A stretch of 63,227 nucleotides of DNA, filler included, from Parasitella parasitica NRRL 2501 (taxonomy: Eukaryota; Fungi; Mucoromycota), in the NCBI GenBank assembly GCA_025201805.1. It is 9 parts of 9 records of this genome, joined end to end, with 100 filler letters (N's around TTAATTAATTAA, not from the genome) between each part and the next. Parts side by side here need not be neighbours in the genome. Positions count along the whole stretch, not along the records: positions 4,899 to 33,209 come from MU619244.1; positions 33,310 to 35,199 come from MU619516.1; positions 35,300 to 37,794 come from MU619556.1; 6 more parts are not named here. The stretch is one strand, 5' to 3'. A program made the position numbers and the translations under genes. The notes beneath the pieces were generated by a model, which saw nothing but the letters and a program-made list of their open reading frames with translations, searched no databases and had not been told where the DNA came from. How positions within the stretch are numbered: the stretch's first letter is position 1; the number at the start of each line of letters is the position of its first letter. Positions 23,526 to 36,055 of this stretch are shown here, piece after piece.

Positions 23526-26294
23526 CTAAAGACACAAGAATTTACTCTTTTTATTCAACAAGTCTTGTAGCCGTTTTTCGAGAATGGTATTAGCCTTCTC
23601 TGCCTTTTCCCTTCGTCTTTTTTGGAAATCAAGGTCTTTTATGATAATGCTATAATTTTGTTCCATACTTTGCTCTTTGCTTTCTGCAGATTCAATTTGG
23701 TATTCTAGTTTCCTGATGTGGGCTTCATGTGCTCGAACCTGATTCTCTGCAGCTTCAACCTTTTGCTTGTAGGCTTTTAATTGATCTGTTGATGGAGAAG
23801 GGATAGGGGGTAAAGGCTGATTGGGAGGCTCACTAGGCGGGGGCGCATTGAAAGTGATAGAGCGGTACTGGCGTGATTGAGAGGTCGCCGCAGTAGGTCT
23901 ACCCTTGCGTGGTTCGATTTGGCGCTCTAGTTGGCCGTTGAGCACTGTAAGATTCATTATATCACACTCCAAAGTCTTTACTTGCTGGGACAAGTGAAAC
24001 CGCTGGGACATCAATTGAGTTTCCAAATCATCTACCCATCGTGCCAATTCCATATTCTCATCTGCTAGATTAGATACTTTCTGCAACACATCCACAGTAT
24101 CGGAGGTTCTCAGTTTTTCTTGCATCCAGTTCATTAATTGAGGCTTCTCGGTAATGGACAATGTATTGAGTGTTTTTCTCTTTCTATAAACGGATTCTGT
24201 CGATGCAATTGATTGTCTGTTTGATGATGGCTTTTTCATTGTTCGCATTTCTTGGCCCATCATCTCTGGATCCCGCTGTACAAGCTGCTGGTATGCTTCT
24301 GCTAGTGCGGATTCTAACTGTTTGGTTTGTTGCGCTTGTGCCTCGTAGTTTTTCTTGAGCTCTCCCCTTTCTTGCTGTAACCGAAGGACATGCTCTTCAA
24401 GATTGACAACTAGACCAGATATATCGCTATCTCTTGCTGCCTTGCGATACACATTGAGCTCATTCTCCAAAGAGTTTACTCTAGCTTCCAAATTTTTTGC
24501 TTTAGCTGATTGAACCAGTGCAGAGTGCCTCCATTTTTCCACTTCGCTATGATGATCTTGTTGTACTTGATTTTTTTCGATACTCCAGTCTTGACTTTTC
24601 AATACTCGAGTATGCTGTGTACTGGGTGCATCACCATCAGGATTTATATCTCTTGTGCCATCTCGCTGCTGCTCAAACTGTCGTCTTATTATTTTTAGCT
24701 CTTCCAATGCGTTCGACACTTCATCATCTTGATACAATGCCAAGTTTTTAACCACCTCCATATTTTTCTCTATTTCGAGTCGTTCCATATCAAGCTTTTG
24801 CATGCCTCGTTGAATATTCATTGTATTGTTGATTGTATTATCTTGCATGTGGTCTAATTTTGACTCCAGTACATCGATGAATGCTGATTGCTTATCGCTC
24901 AACTCCCAAAGCTCCATATTTGTATGTCGTATTGCCACTAGCTCATGCTCTACATGTTCATTGCGTTCTTTGGTTACTGTCATTCGGTTTTCAAGCTCTT
25001 CAATTTGTCGATGAAGATCTGCCAAAACATGCTCCTTTCGATCTTCTGCTATATCCGGCAACGTTACGCTGGTTGAGTGAGATATGGAAGAAAATATGGA
25101 ACCATGTTTTGATGATTGTGTGCTGCTAGCTGAATGGGAGCGAAGCAGATTGACTTCGTTAGATAGCTTAACAATCAAGCTTTTTAAATATTCGGGATTT
25201 TCTTCAGATGCAGTCGCTATAGTTGTGTTTCTTTCATTCGAATTCTGCTTCTTTTTGAGGTTTAGCCGATTAAAAATAGTTGAAGTGTACGTTAAAGTTT
25301 GTTGAAGCTCCAACATCGAATCCAGTGGGGATATACAGCCAATAAATATACATGATTCACTGTTTTCTATCAGTTGAGTGAATGGTAGTTGAGTATTCTG
25401 ATTTGTGCAATAAGCTGAAAATTGCATCAATGTTTCGTGAGGACATCCTGACAGATTTATCAAATTGAACTGCGTTGTTTTTAATTGGTCTTTCAAGAGG
25501 ATTGAATATATAGATGATGTTCCTCTTGTGTGCTGCTCAGATCCAAGTACATAGTATCTACACGGTAACAATAATTAGTCGTACGTTGCTTGATCATTCG
25601 AGCACACATCACTTACTTCAAAGCGAGGTCTATTGAGTCAATACGGTATGATTTGCGAGGTCTGCTTTGTTCGGCTGATATCAAATCTTGAGTGTGTAGA
25701 CCATTAAATTCAATAAATTCAACATATATCTCAAGGTCTGGTAGCTCAAATAACTGTGCAAGTTCCAAAATAATTCGAGTGTCAAATCTATTGTTTACTG
25801 CCAAAGAGTCCTTGTGTAACTCGTTAATACCCAAACATGATCAAATACTAGTATCTAATTAGCTTACATAGAACAGGATACTGATATCATGGCCTACAAC
25901 ATAAATTTTTTGTTAGCATTTTTCAAATGAAACACGTTCAAACGAACATACCTTGAGCAAGGCGATCTGCAGTCGATTTTGGCAATTCATGCAGTAAATA
26001 TTGGTCGTATTGCTCTTTTAATGTGTTGGAATTTAAGACAAGATCAAACGAGAAAACGGGTGTTTTTGGTATATGCAGTTTAACCTGATTGTCCGTGGAT
26101 TCAATTATATGGGGTATAGTTTGTTGCTGTGGTAGCAATGGTAAAATCTGTAATACTGAAGGGAAAAAAGCAATATAGCAGAAAAAAGAGAAGAAAAAAA
26201 AGAGAGAGAGAGAAAAGCATGGCCATATTAGAGACTGAATTAAGCATACACAAACTAACGATTTTTTACCAACTAGAATATTATTTGAGGGCAT
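23526..26294 (-). CDS. Divergent kinesin-like protein with a degenerate motor domain and long coiled coil, multi-exon
   Basis: Kinesin-like segments FSFDLVL, GHDISILFY, FNLINLSG and IFIGCISP...QTLTY. Coiled coil, proline-rich segment, and the end KKSKFLCL. Confidence 0.65.
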
Positions 26295-26690
26295 GCTTCG
26301 ATTGTTTTTTGATTGAAAGAGAGGAAGGGGTGCTCACTTGTATTTTCTTTTCTTTTATAAGTTTTTTTTTTTTTTGTGTCAATTGATTGTGCTCGACCCC
26401 CTTAAAAAATAGCAGATGTGAAAACAAACAAAAAACAAGTTAAAAGAGAAAAAAAAAAAAGCTTGTATTTCATAATGATGGGTTTAGATGTAAAATGGTG
26501 TATACGGTTGAATCATGAGTGACAATCTCCGTTATTTTGCCCCTAAACCTGGAGACATACTTTTGGTTGGATTGACCCAGCCTTGTTCAATCTATACTTG
26601 GCATAAAAACTCATTTACTCCATAACACGTTTCTCGATTGACACAAGATATCCCAAAAACATGCATCTGATGACCCAGTGGTTTAATCAA

Positions 26691-27796
26691 TCACTTCAGA
26701 ATCCGTACTGCATCCTTTGAAAATAGATAACTGGCACCAGACCAAAGAGTTGTTCCTCCTACAACCCATCTAGGGTGAAAGAATTAGCAGATTATATCGG
26801 GAGGCTGGTCTAGAACTTACTGTAGCGCTGTCATAGCTTCAGCGCTAGGTAGTCCTATGCTAACAGTTGTCAAAGAGAATCCCATTAAAACTAGCTGCAG
26901 TGCAGTGTTGATCTTGCTGATTTGAGTTGGCTTCACTTCTGCCGAAGGTATTGAGCCATCAAAATAGCGTGCGATTGTTTTCTAAAATGATACAGTAAGC
27001 AGCCAAAATGCAGTCTGCATTATTAAAATATACCGGTTCAGGAAGCGAAATGTAGCGATAGTAAAATGCTGATAGGATGAGCCCTGCATCTCTGCCCAAG
27101 ATGATGGCAGCTAATGGAACTTTTTCATGTCGGAAAGTTAGTCTTGATAATCAACGAATTTTAGCGAACAAGACCAACCTGGTAGAGTCCCTTCCATGGC
27201 TAATGTCACTGTCATCACTGTCATCAATACTTTATCTGCTAATGGGTCAATGATAGTCCCTAAAAGTGTCTTCATGTTGTATTTTCTCGCTATATGGCCA
27301 TCTAGCTTTTTTCAAATGTCAATGATGAAACCTTGTTTGGCCCAGTGCCCAACTCACTAAATCAGTAAAACCGGCCAATGCGAATAACGTCAACGCCCCA
27401 TCATAGTTTTGCTGTAAAATCATATACCCCACACATGGCGCTGCAGCTAATCTACCGAATGTCAGTAGATTTGGAATCGTGTATATGTCTTCTTTTAATT
27501 CCTTTTTGAAGAGCTTTTCATCTTTCTCGTCTTTCATTGGCTTTTTTATATGTGGGTTGGAGTTATAGCAACGTTGTAGAGGTCTAGATGCGTTAATTCT
27601 AATGCAATAGTATAAGTTCAGTATTCCGTCACATTAAAAAAAAACGTATATAATACCTAGAGACATGCTTTGGAAATGCAATAAGTTTCACAAAATTTGC
27701 GTTAAAAGGTCGAGACATTGGCCTTACTGTCAATAGTTTCATTCTTGAGGCCGTGGCAAGCAGGGAGCGCGTTTGTTGATGTTGTAGTCGAAACAT
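26691..27796 (-). CDS. CRD1: Cardiolipin synthase (CDP-alcohol phosphatidyltransferase), multi-exon
   Basis: IYTIPNLLTFGR, AGFTDL|LDGHIARKYNMKTLLGTIIDPLADK, EVKPTQISKINT, and a mitochondrial-type N-terminus. Confidence 0.92.
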
Positions 27797-28142
27797 TCAG
27801 TATAGGTGGTAAGTCTAGCGAGATAGAGCCGTTAAAAAACAATTCCTCTTACAAGCTGTGACGCCCCTTGCAGTACCGTTTTGTTGCTTCTTGTAGAGCA
27901 TTTCAAATTAAGCTTGAGATCGACATGCTTACAAAAGCTTCAATGCGTAAAGCACAGTAGGTTGCATATGAGACAAGTTATGCTATTGCTAGGAAATAAG
28001 TGAGGCTCTTTTGCAGATATTTTTGAACATACAAATCGAAATGTAAACTTTATTTGTTTGATGACGATGTGTAAATACAGAGGAGGAAAACAAAAATTAG
28101 GTATTATTGTATGTAAAGTCTTTAATGTGTGCTACATGACAT

Positions 28143-29621
28143 CTAATTTTTTTGTTGGCCTGCAACTGCAGTCGTTGATTTCCAAAACATCCAAGATTTG
28201 CGCTTACTTAGTTTCTTTTCAGTTGTAGGTTTCTTTTCTTGGATGATGGGCAGCTCGGGAGTCTATGATTATTATGCGTTGTTAGTAATCGTGATGTGAG
28301 TACTGCTCCGCAGTTTGCATAGTACCTTCTCGCCGCCGCGTTTGAATAGACTTAAAATCTGTGATTTTCTCTTCGTGAGTCTCTTGTCTTTGTTGAATCC
28401 AATGACACCTCTGCTCTTGTTTAGAGAGCTTTTGGGGGTAACTATTTCTTCGTCGTTGATGGTAACATCTGTATTGATACTAGTGAAGATACTTTGTGAT
28501 CGAACTGTAGGTGTATCTTCTTTTTCAAATGATGCAGTGCTAGCAAGAGGGGTGTTTTCCTTTTCTATTTGAGCTTGATCAAGATCGTTAGCAAGGACGG
28601 CAGGAGCAGCTGGGGCATCTTGCTGCTTTGATTGTGTGGTTGCTGCAGCACCATGAATTTCGATGGGATCTTCGACAGTAAAAGCCTTATGGTTCCTCTC
28701 TTCATTATCAGGCAATTGAGAGGCCACCTCTACATCGGTAGAAGCAGCGTGCTCCAGTTCATGAGGTTCTTGTACATTTTTGGCTTCGTTCTCTGTTGCT
28801 TGTTGCACAATATTTCCATATTCCTTTTGGTCAGGTACTTGCTCGTTTTCATGAGAAATTGCCTGCTCATTCTCTTGGAGCTGTTCCTTGGTTTTCGGCT
28901 TTGCTTCGTCTTCAGCAGTAGCAGCGGCGGTGACAATAGTTGCACAATCTTCTTTTTCGTCAACAATCTGCTGCACTGCAGTTGATTGATCCTGGTGAGT
29001 AGTAGATACTTGCTGTTTCTCGGTACTCGAAGGCTCAGACTCGGAGACTACCAAGACAACAGGTTCTTGACTTTGTTTCTTTTCTTGAAGTAAGGGCAAG
29101 TTTTCTGTTTCGACTTTAGGCAAATCAGCCAAAACCTCTTCAGGCACAGGTTCCACACTGATGGCTGGTTGATGCTCCTCAGGAATGACTGATTTCTCCA
29201 ATGTGATGACGAGAGGTTGTTCAATTTGGGCTGGAGCGTCTAAAATGACAGCTACAGTGTCAGATTTGACTTCAACATGAGGGGGCTCTTCCAACGTCTC
29301 TTTTACCTCGAGCGACTCGATGACATTCTCAGATGTTGATGCTAATGCTTCCTCAGATGCATTAGACAGGTTAGATGACTCTTCTGTATCTTTGACTTGA
29401 GCGTCTTCCTTCTTGGTCTCCTCGATCTGATACTGTTCCTTGGTAACATCTTGCACGATGGAGCCTGCCAAGACATCAGCTTTATCATTGTTGAGCGCGT
29501 TGACAGGTGTAACGGGCGAAGACTCTTCAGGTGTTGTGGGAATAGCAGGAGGTGTAGTGACGACCTTCTTTTGGTTCTTGCGAGCGCTGGACTTTTTCCT
29601 ATTACCTCCTTTCTTGGCCAT
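28143..29621 (-). CDS. Hypothetical low-complexity acidic protein
   Basis: MAKKGGNRKK start, a long E/Q/T-rich exon, an intron near 28265-28326, and a last exon ending KRKSWMFWKS...KN*. Confidence 0.7.
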
Positions 29622-29775
29622 TTCTTTTATGTTAAATGAAAAGGAAAAGAAAGAAAAAAAAAATGAAAATGGTCTTATATGTTGAAACAACAAATGAACT
29701 ACTTTTCTATTTTTTTTAAGGAGTATCATTACTTTATTTATAATTGTATAGGAGCAAATGTTACACATGTTGTAC

Positions 29776-31047
29776 TTAACATGACAAAAATAAACACCAC
29801 ACACCGAGTGTAATGATTATATGTAATATTAATTTTGATGGTTGAGATATATTAGTGGTGGCGTCGCTTGCTTTTTTTGCTGTTGCGCTGTCATTTGTAG
29901 AAGTGACCCATGTTGTGGTCCAAAGAACTAAAGGTGATGTGATTAGAAGAAAAAAAAAAAGCGAGTGTTTGGGGAAATTACTCTGATCAATGCTATGAAT
30001 CAACGCATTTTCTGCTATAATGTCTTTGATGATAATGTTTGCTGTATTATTATCAATTGAAACTGTGCAAAGAAGCCCGTTAGTTGCATTAAGATTAAGC
30101 AGAAGTGCACCAACCTTGATTATTATGAATAGTTATATTTGATCCAGCAAAATTTTGCATAGTACTATTAGGCTTCTTCAAGTCGTGGCTGGTATGAAGT
30201 CCTTGAATAGCGTGCACGTTATAAATCATATCATTAATATCGAATCCTAAGGTGCTGGGATCTACAGTGCCAAATGCTTGATTATTTGGCATAAATAACG
30301 TTACCATCTGCTCAAGTATCAATTATTGATAAATTCTCTTGATTATTATGCGTATATTAGTATATGCTAACCTCGATTGCATTATCACTATTGTTTTTAT
30401 GCTTGTGAATTTGGGAGATCATGTCTTTTGCTTTTGTAAACTTCAAATTTTCGAGCGTCGTCTCTATATCAAGAGGCACAACCAATACTATCAGAGTGTT
30501 AGTGATTCAATACAAGGGGCATAAAGAGGGAGGGATGTGTTTATTCATTGTATTTACTTGAGTCTATAATATGCACAACACTTTGTTGTGAAGGGACTTG
30601 TATAGAGCTTATTACAGCTGCAGATTGCATGTTCCCCGACTCTATTTGTTTCGTGTTTTTGTTATGGTTGGTCCATAGCTTCATGTACGCTGTTGATTTG
30701 TACAGAGATCCGTCGTTCCAACAATTATCCAAGCATAATTGAGGTAAAATGTGATACTTTGTTGTGTTTTGATTTAATAACAATGTTTGATGAAAAGCAT
30801 CATTATGTGGCGCAAACACAGTGATGTTGGTATGATTCTGCAAATACACTCGAGTCTCTGAATCCAATAATGAAGAGAACTTAGAAGTCTCTGGTAAATG
30901 CGTCAGCAATTCGTACGCATTTAACAGTGGTGTTACAGGATGTTGATTCTGTGCTGTTGATGACAATGCCTGTTGAGCTTGTACGTCAAGAACTCCAAGC
31001 GACAGGCATAAATAACCAACAAGAATGCTGATGATGTTATAAAGCAT
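29776..31047 (-). CDS. Secreted, probably GPI-anchored fasciclin (FAS1) domain protein, multi-exon
   Basis: Signal peptide, ITVFAPHNDAF and VTLFMPNNQAF (H1), VVHIID and LIHSID (H2), and a hydrophobic C-terminus. Confidence 0.85.
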
Positions 31048-31850
31048 TTAGCTGTTTATAAAGGAAATAAAGGGATGCGCAATTATCAGAAAGCGAGACT
31101 ATTTATCGCCATTACTTTATGCATATGATCTGCATAACAGGGGCTGTGTGGCATATGCTACATGAGAAAAATAAAGGGAAATGTACTCTATGTATATTTA
31201 TTATTTACTGAGGGAAGTCTAAAATCATTTCAATACAAAAAATTGTATATCAAAGAAGCCTGTCGACGTTTAGCAAGAAACTGCAGACATTGCATAGAAA
31301 GTTGGCTGTAGAAGGGAGACGGAATCCTAGTACAGTCTATATATGTCAAACGAATTCACTGTGAATTACTGGTAGTATGACTCGAGTGCTTTGCTATTAG
31401 CCCCTGAAAATTGAAGAGGGATCAACCTTCAGTAATATGTTGACAAATCAGGGCATTTACAGTGTACTCACTAATTTTCCTTAGATACCACACAGAAAAT
31501 GAGAGCATGTATAAATAACAGAAGCTTTAGCATAATAACCTTTCGTATCTCTTTGCATCTTGGTTTATTACACTCACATTGGCATCACCTTTAAATCAAC
31601 TGCCATTATATACTTCTTGCCACACGTTTCGTCAAGTGCAGACACACATGTGCATTTCCCAGTTAAATTCAAATTCTTCAAACCAAGACAATAGTGTTAT
31701 TGTGTTACTGAACTATTTAAACCAGATGAGAAAAAAGAATACTGACAATACAAAATCTTTTTTTTTTTTTTTTTTTTTTAATACACTCTTTCCCTTATTG
31801 CTTCATTTCGCTTCACTGATTTAAATTTTACTCCATTTTACTTTGCAGAA

Positions 31851-32357
31851 ATGATTGCTAAACATTTATTACAAGCATTTATTGCAGTCTTTGTATTCAT
31901 TACTGCATGTTCCGCCCAAATTGGCACCCAAGTCAATTTCCCAATCACAAATAGTACAATTGAACCTGGGCAAAAAATCGATATTGCTTATGGGTATCAA
32001 AACATGGGCAATGGTTCTTACGTGGTCGACATTGATCTCTGGCAAGATAATACTCTGACTTTGTTGGCCAAAAATATCGATACAAATGTACCCATTCCAT
32101 CTGGAAACTCAACCGGCACTCAGCTTAACTTCTTCTTGAACTCTACTTATAGTTGGTCTGTCCCCCGTGGATTGAACAAAACTGTTTACTTGACTGTCAC
32201 CACGAAATCAAAGCTTTCATACTCCAGCGTCGATTTAAGTATGCGTTCCCGTGCTATTGTACTTCACGTAAATGCTGGTATTATGAATTCGCCTATGCAA
32301 AAAATTAGTTTGGTCGCATTGTCGATGCTTATTATACGCCTTACTGGAGTTTTCTAA
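31851..32357 (+). CDS. Small secreted, possibly GPI-anchored protein (beta-sandwich-like)
   Basis: 168-aa single ORF with a signal peptide, several N-glycosylation sequons and a hydrophobic tail. Confidence 0.75.
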   Translation: MIAKHLLQAFIAVFVFITACSAQIGTQVNFPITNSTIEPGQKIDIAYGYQNMGNGSYVVDIDLWQDNTLTLLAKNIDTNVPIPSGNSTGTQLNFFLNSTYSWSVPRGLNKTVYLTVTTKSKLSYSSVDLSMRSRAIVLHVNAGIMNSPMQKISLVALSMLIIRLTGVF

Positions 32358-32715
32358 TTCTTAGATGTGTTAAATAAAATAAAAATATACTAATAAATCC
32401 ATCATCTATATGGGAGCTCGTAATAAAGTTAATGTTACAATGACAATAATTTCAGTTACACATTTATGTTACACGCGCTCAAGTTACCTGTATTGCCTCT
32501 TTCAAAATTACCAAATAAACGGGCATGATTTAGTGCAGTTCAACCCAAAAAGGTCAATCAAATGGGTAAGCTAACATAAAAATATCAGTCTAAAAAGAAA
32601 GGCCATGAGCTTGGGTCAATTGCAATCACACAGTCAGGTTTGATGAGACAGTGAGTAAAGAATTCGTGAGGGGACCATCAATTTCTATATTAACGACAGT
32701 AGCAAGCTTCTGATA

Positions 32716-33209
32716 CAGTTTTTCTACTTTAAATTCAGACGATGTTAATTTTTTTCTGGACGAATTGAAATTCATATTTAGACAAAAAGCTTACCTATTT
32801 TGGAAAACAAAATAATTATTTTCAGATAAAAAAGAAATTATTTTAGACGAATCAGAGTTAATTATTGGACCATTATCTTACCTATTGTGGAAAAAGTAAA
32901 AATGGAAATTAGACAATTTAAGTTGGTTTTTGATGGTATTATAGTATGATCATGAATTTACCTTAGAAAAGCAGAAAAACTTGGGTAAAAAGAAAATAAT
33001 GGTTAGGATATTGACTAAAGTTTAGAATGTATATATACTTACATCTGTAAGGAGTATGAGAGAGTTATATCAATCATACGGGTGAGGTGTGTCGCTTAAA
33101 TATGTCTGGACGCTCGTTGTTATTGAATACAGCGAAGAGAAAGATGTCCAATATGTTATTTGCAGCCATTATGTCGCGATTCCATACCGTATTACAAGTG
33201 TTTTGCTGA
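32716..33209 (-). mobile_element. 3' end of a TA-flanked DNA transposon carrying a Fanzor-type gene
   Basis: TA|CAGTTTTTCTAC terminus. Nine YRGAH motifs at 32736, 32757, 32779, 32801, 32823, 32844, 32866, 32888 and 32910 (21-22 bp period). The Fanzor C-terminus lies upstream and is cut by the gap. Confidence 0.7.
33074..33208 (-). CDS. C-terminal fragment of a Fanzor/TnpB-family RNA-guided nuclease (end of zinc ribbon plus RuvC-III), truncated by the assembly gap
   Basis: Reads QQNTCNTVWNRDIMAANNILDIFLFAVFNNNERPDIFKRHTSPV*. The pattern C-x3-W-N-R-D-x2-AA-x-NI...RP is the TnpB/Fanzor hallmark. Confidence 0.8.
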   Translation of the reverse strand, partial: QQNTCNTVWNRDIMAANNILDIFLFAVFNNNERPDIFKRHTSPV

Positions 33210-33309
33210 NNNNNNNNNNNNNNNNNNNNNNNNNNNNNNNNNNNNNNNNNNNNTTAATTAATTAANNNNNNNNNNNNNNNNNNNNNNNNNNNNNNNNNNN
33301 NNNNNNNNN

Positions 33310-33450
33310 GACAGGGTACAATGTAAGATTATACAACAAGGGCTACACGTCTTTGATCTGACAGTGCCTTAACCTTTATCCTGGTGCTCAGATCTGTGTT
33401 ACTTGCAGGAATAACCTCTTGATTTGAAACAGGGACTTTATTCTCCAGTC
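33310..33450 (-). repeat. Fragment of the LTR family seen at 45622-46031
   Basis: Reverse-complement match to about 45716-45857. Confidence 0.75.
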
Positions 33451-33564
33451 TATAATTATGGCAGACCAAAATGGTAAACAAAAATAGACGCTATATACGG
33501 ATAAAAAGGCAAAACCTTATTTTTTTTTCGTCTCGAAATGCTGGTTTCAATGATACGAACAAAA

Positions 33565-34545
33565 TGATGTTCTGTATACGCACTGCTACATCTTCACCCA
33601 AGCACTACGCTTCCAGGTTTAATGCAAATATATTATATATATGATTGTATCAAATACATAATATGTCATGAACCTGTCGAGCCTTCAAGCCCAAACAATT
33701 ATACATCTTGATCTAAAAATATATATCACCTCGTTCTTCCCTAATCAATCCACATTGCATTCTTGCCTCTCTGATTCACACTGTCATTCTTGCCTTACTC
33801 ATCCACATTATACTATTGGCTTATTGATCCACAATATCCTATTTACCTAATTGATTCACGTTATAGTAAATAGTCTAGTTCACATTTCAGTGAATTAGAC
33901 AGCTCGCAAAAAGTATAAATAGAGGCCATTTTGACCAGCAAAGAAAAGTTTTCTTCGTCAGATCTCCTCATCGAATTCCCTTATTAAATATCCCTAGCAA
34001 TCTTCTTATCTCTCTCCACCTTTGCCTTATTAAATCATAGCCTCCTTATTTGAAATAAACTTCTGCATATCTTCTCTTAGTACTCTGTCCCTGATTATCT
34101 AATAAGGCCGTAGATCCCTGATATAATATTAGTATATTATTTCAACTGTCACTAGATATCGTAATATCTCGGCTGCCATGACATCAACAAGATATGCGGA
34201 CTTATTCAAATGTCAAGAGGTGCAAACAAACTATATGATATATATTATATCAGCTCATATTTTTCGATCAATCTCAAAAATGAAACATATCAAAGCAATT
34301 GCCATGGCGGACACGGTTTTTTCTCTATTCGTTCATCGAAACTGACAACATACTATCATCACGTTTATCTAAATGTTTTATTACAGTTACCATCTCACTC
34401 GTAGTAAATAATTGAAGATATAGATACCCTCTATTTATTATATCTTCTTAACAAATGATATAAATCTTTTATTGCTCGGATACAGTTGAAAGCTGTGAAT
34501 TATCACAAGTCTTTTATTGTATTTAAATATCTGAAATATACATTA
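33565..34545 (+). mobile_element. Solo LTR family A containing a nested solo LTR of family B (33664-34123, TSD TAATA)
   Basis: The outer element matches 44903-45259 on both sides of the insert. The inner TGTCATGAACC...GATCCCTGATA matches 47829-48211 and is flanked by TAATA. Confidence 0.8.
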
Positions 34546-34549
34546 GGAT

Positions 34550-36055
34550 GATAATATTGCTCAATGAAATTATTGAAGAAAGACCTATGAGATGAGCTTG
34601 TTGATATAACATCTACCACCATTACGTACTGATATATACAAATAATTGCTATACAAAAATATATATAGTTATAAATTGACAGATAGTATGTTTGCCGACT
34701 GTAAAAACAAAGAGATACTATTCAATAATATAAAGTTCGTATAAAAGGACTAGTGCTCTGTAATATAAATAAATATACACGAGAGAGGAATGTATGTAAA
34801 ATAATATAAAGTTAAGTTTACGAGAGAAAAAGGTTCTTTATTATCAATGTTGACATATGCAAAGCATATGCAACTTGCAGTAAGATCGATCAATTACTAT
34901 ATAAAGATGTGTAACCAAAAATGTACACTACAACTACTTGCACATATCAGTACAGTATATGGTCCGATTCAAAATTCAAAGGCTGCTAGCAAAAACACTT
35001 TGTAAATATATCCTAAATAACAGCAGGTAATTTTTGTTGTGCCAGGTCTTGAAATTGAGCACAGCAGGTGATTGTATGTAATATAAAGATATAAGAATGC
35101 AATAAAGACTTAGTTTACCAGATACAAAACTATCGATTTATTGATTGACAAGAAGCTGTGTATTTATAATAGAATAAATCTATCTAAATCAATCTATAAN
35201 NNNNNNNNNNNNNNNNNNNNNNNNNNNNNNNNNNNNNNNNNNNTTAATTAATTAANNNNNNNNNNNNNNNNNNNNNNNNNNNNNNNNNNNNNNNNNNNNG
35301 GTACTACCTCGGGTGAAGTCTATCTCCTCACTCAGATAGATTTAAGTTATCTTGAGTCTGCTGATATGTAGGTTAGCACAAAGTTAAGATGCTATTTACG
35401 CAGTATTGTCGTACATGTTAAATCGCGAGAGAAGAACATTTTTCCATAGTGATTTATCAGAATGAGAAATTATTCAAATAAAACGGCTGTGAATTAATCA
35501 GGTAAAGATCCCGTTTATTACATGAAAAAAATGATGGTTTAAATACTAGTGAATCTAAGTGGACTGATGGGAGGATAAGATACAAGTGTGAGACATGGTG
35601 TGATTTAGAGAATGGAACGATAGATTGTATCTATTGTCCATGAACATGTCATGTTGAGTTATAAATAAGGAACATGATTCATTGGGATATGTTCTTGAAT
35701 TGTGTTCAGGATTGATTTTACTTGAGTTTGACTTCCGGTTGGGAAATTGACACATCACACCTGTCGATTTGATAACAAAACCTATACCTTTATCAAGCTG
35801 ACATTTTTTGTTTTTTTATCTAATTTTTTTCCGTGAATCTGTACACATTTTATATACCAATATTCCACACTTTATTATATTGAAAAATAGAGGTTGTATA
35901 TACATTTTTTACGGACTGAGAAAAGTGACATGATGAGATCCGAGAGATAGGGTAGATTGTATGTCATGTCATAATCATTTTATGGTCTGATGTTTTACGC
36001 TTTTGTTTACGTCTATGTTATACGAACATCCCGATTTCAGAATTGATACATCAGT
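34550..36055. repeat. Mosaic of LTR fragments
   Basis: Short matches to 46195-46340 and 48660-48820, including AGGTAAAGATCC(C)GTT, GAATTGATACATCA and AGATGTGTAACCAAAAATGTACA. Confidence 0.55.
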
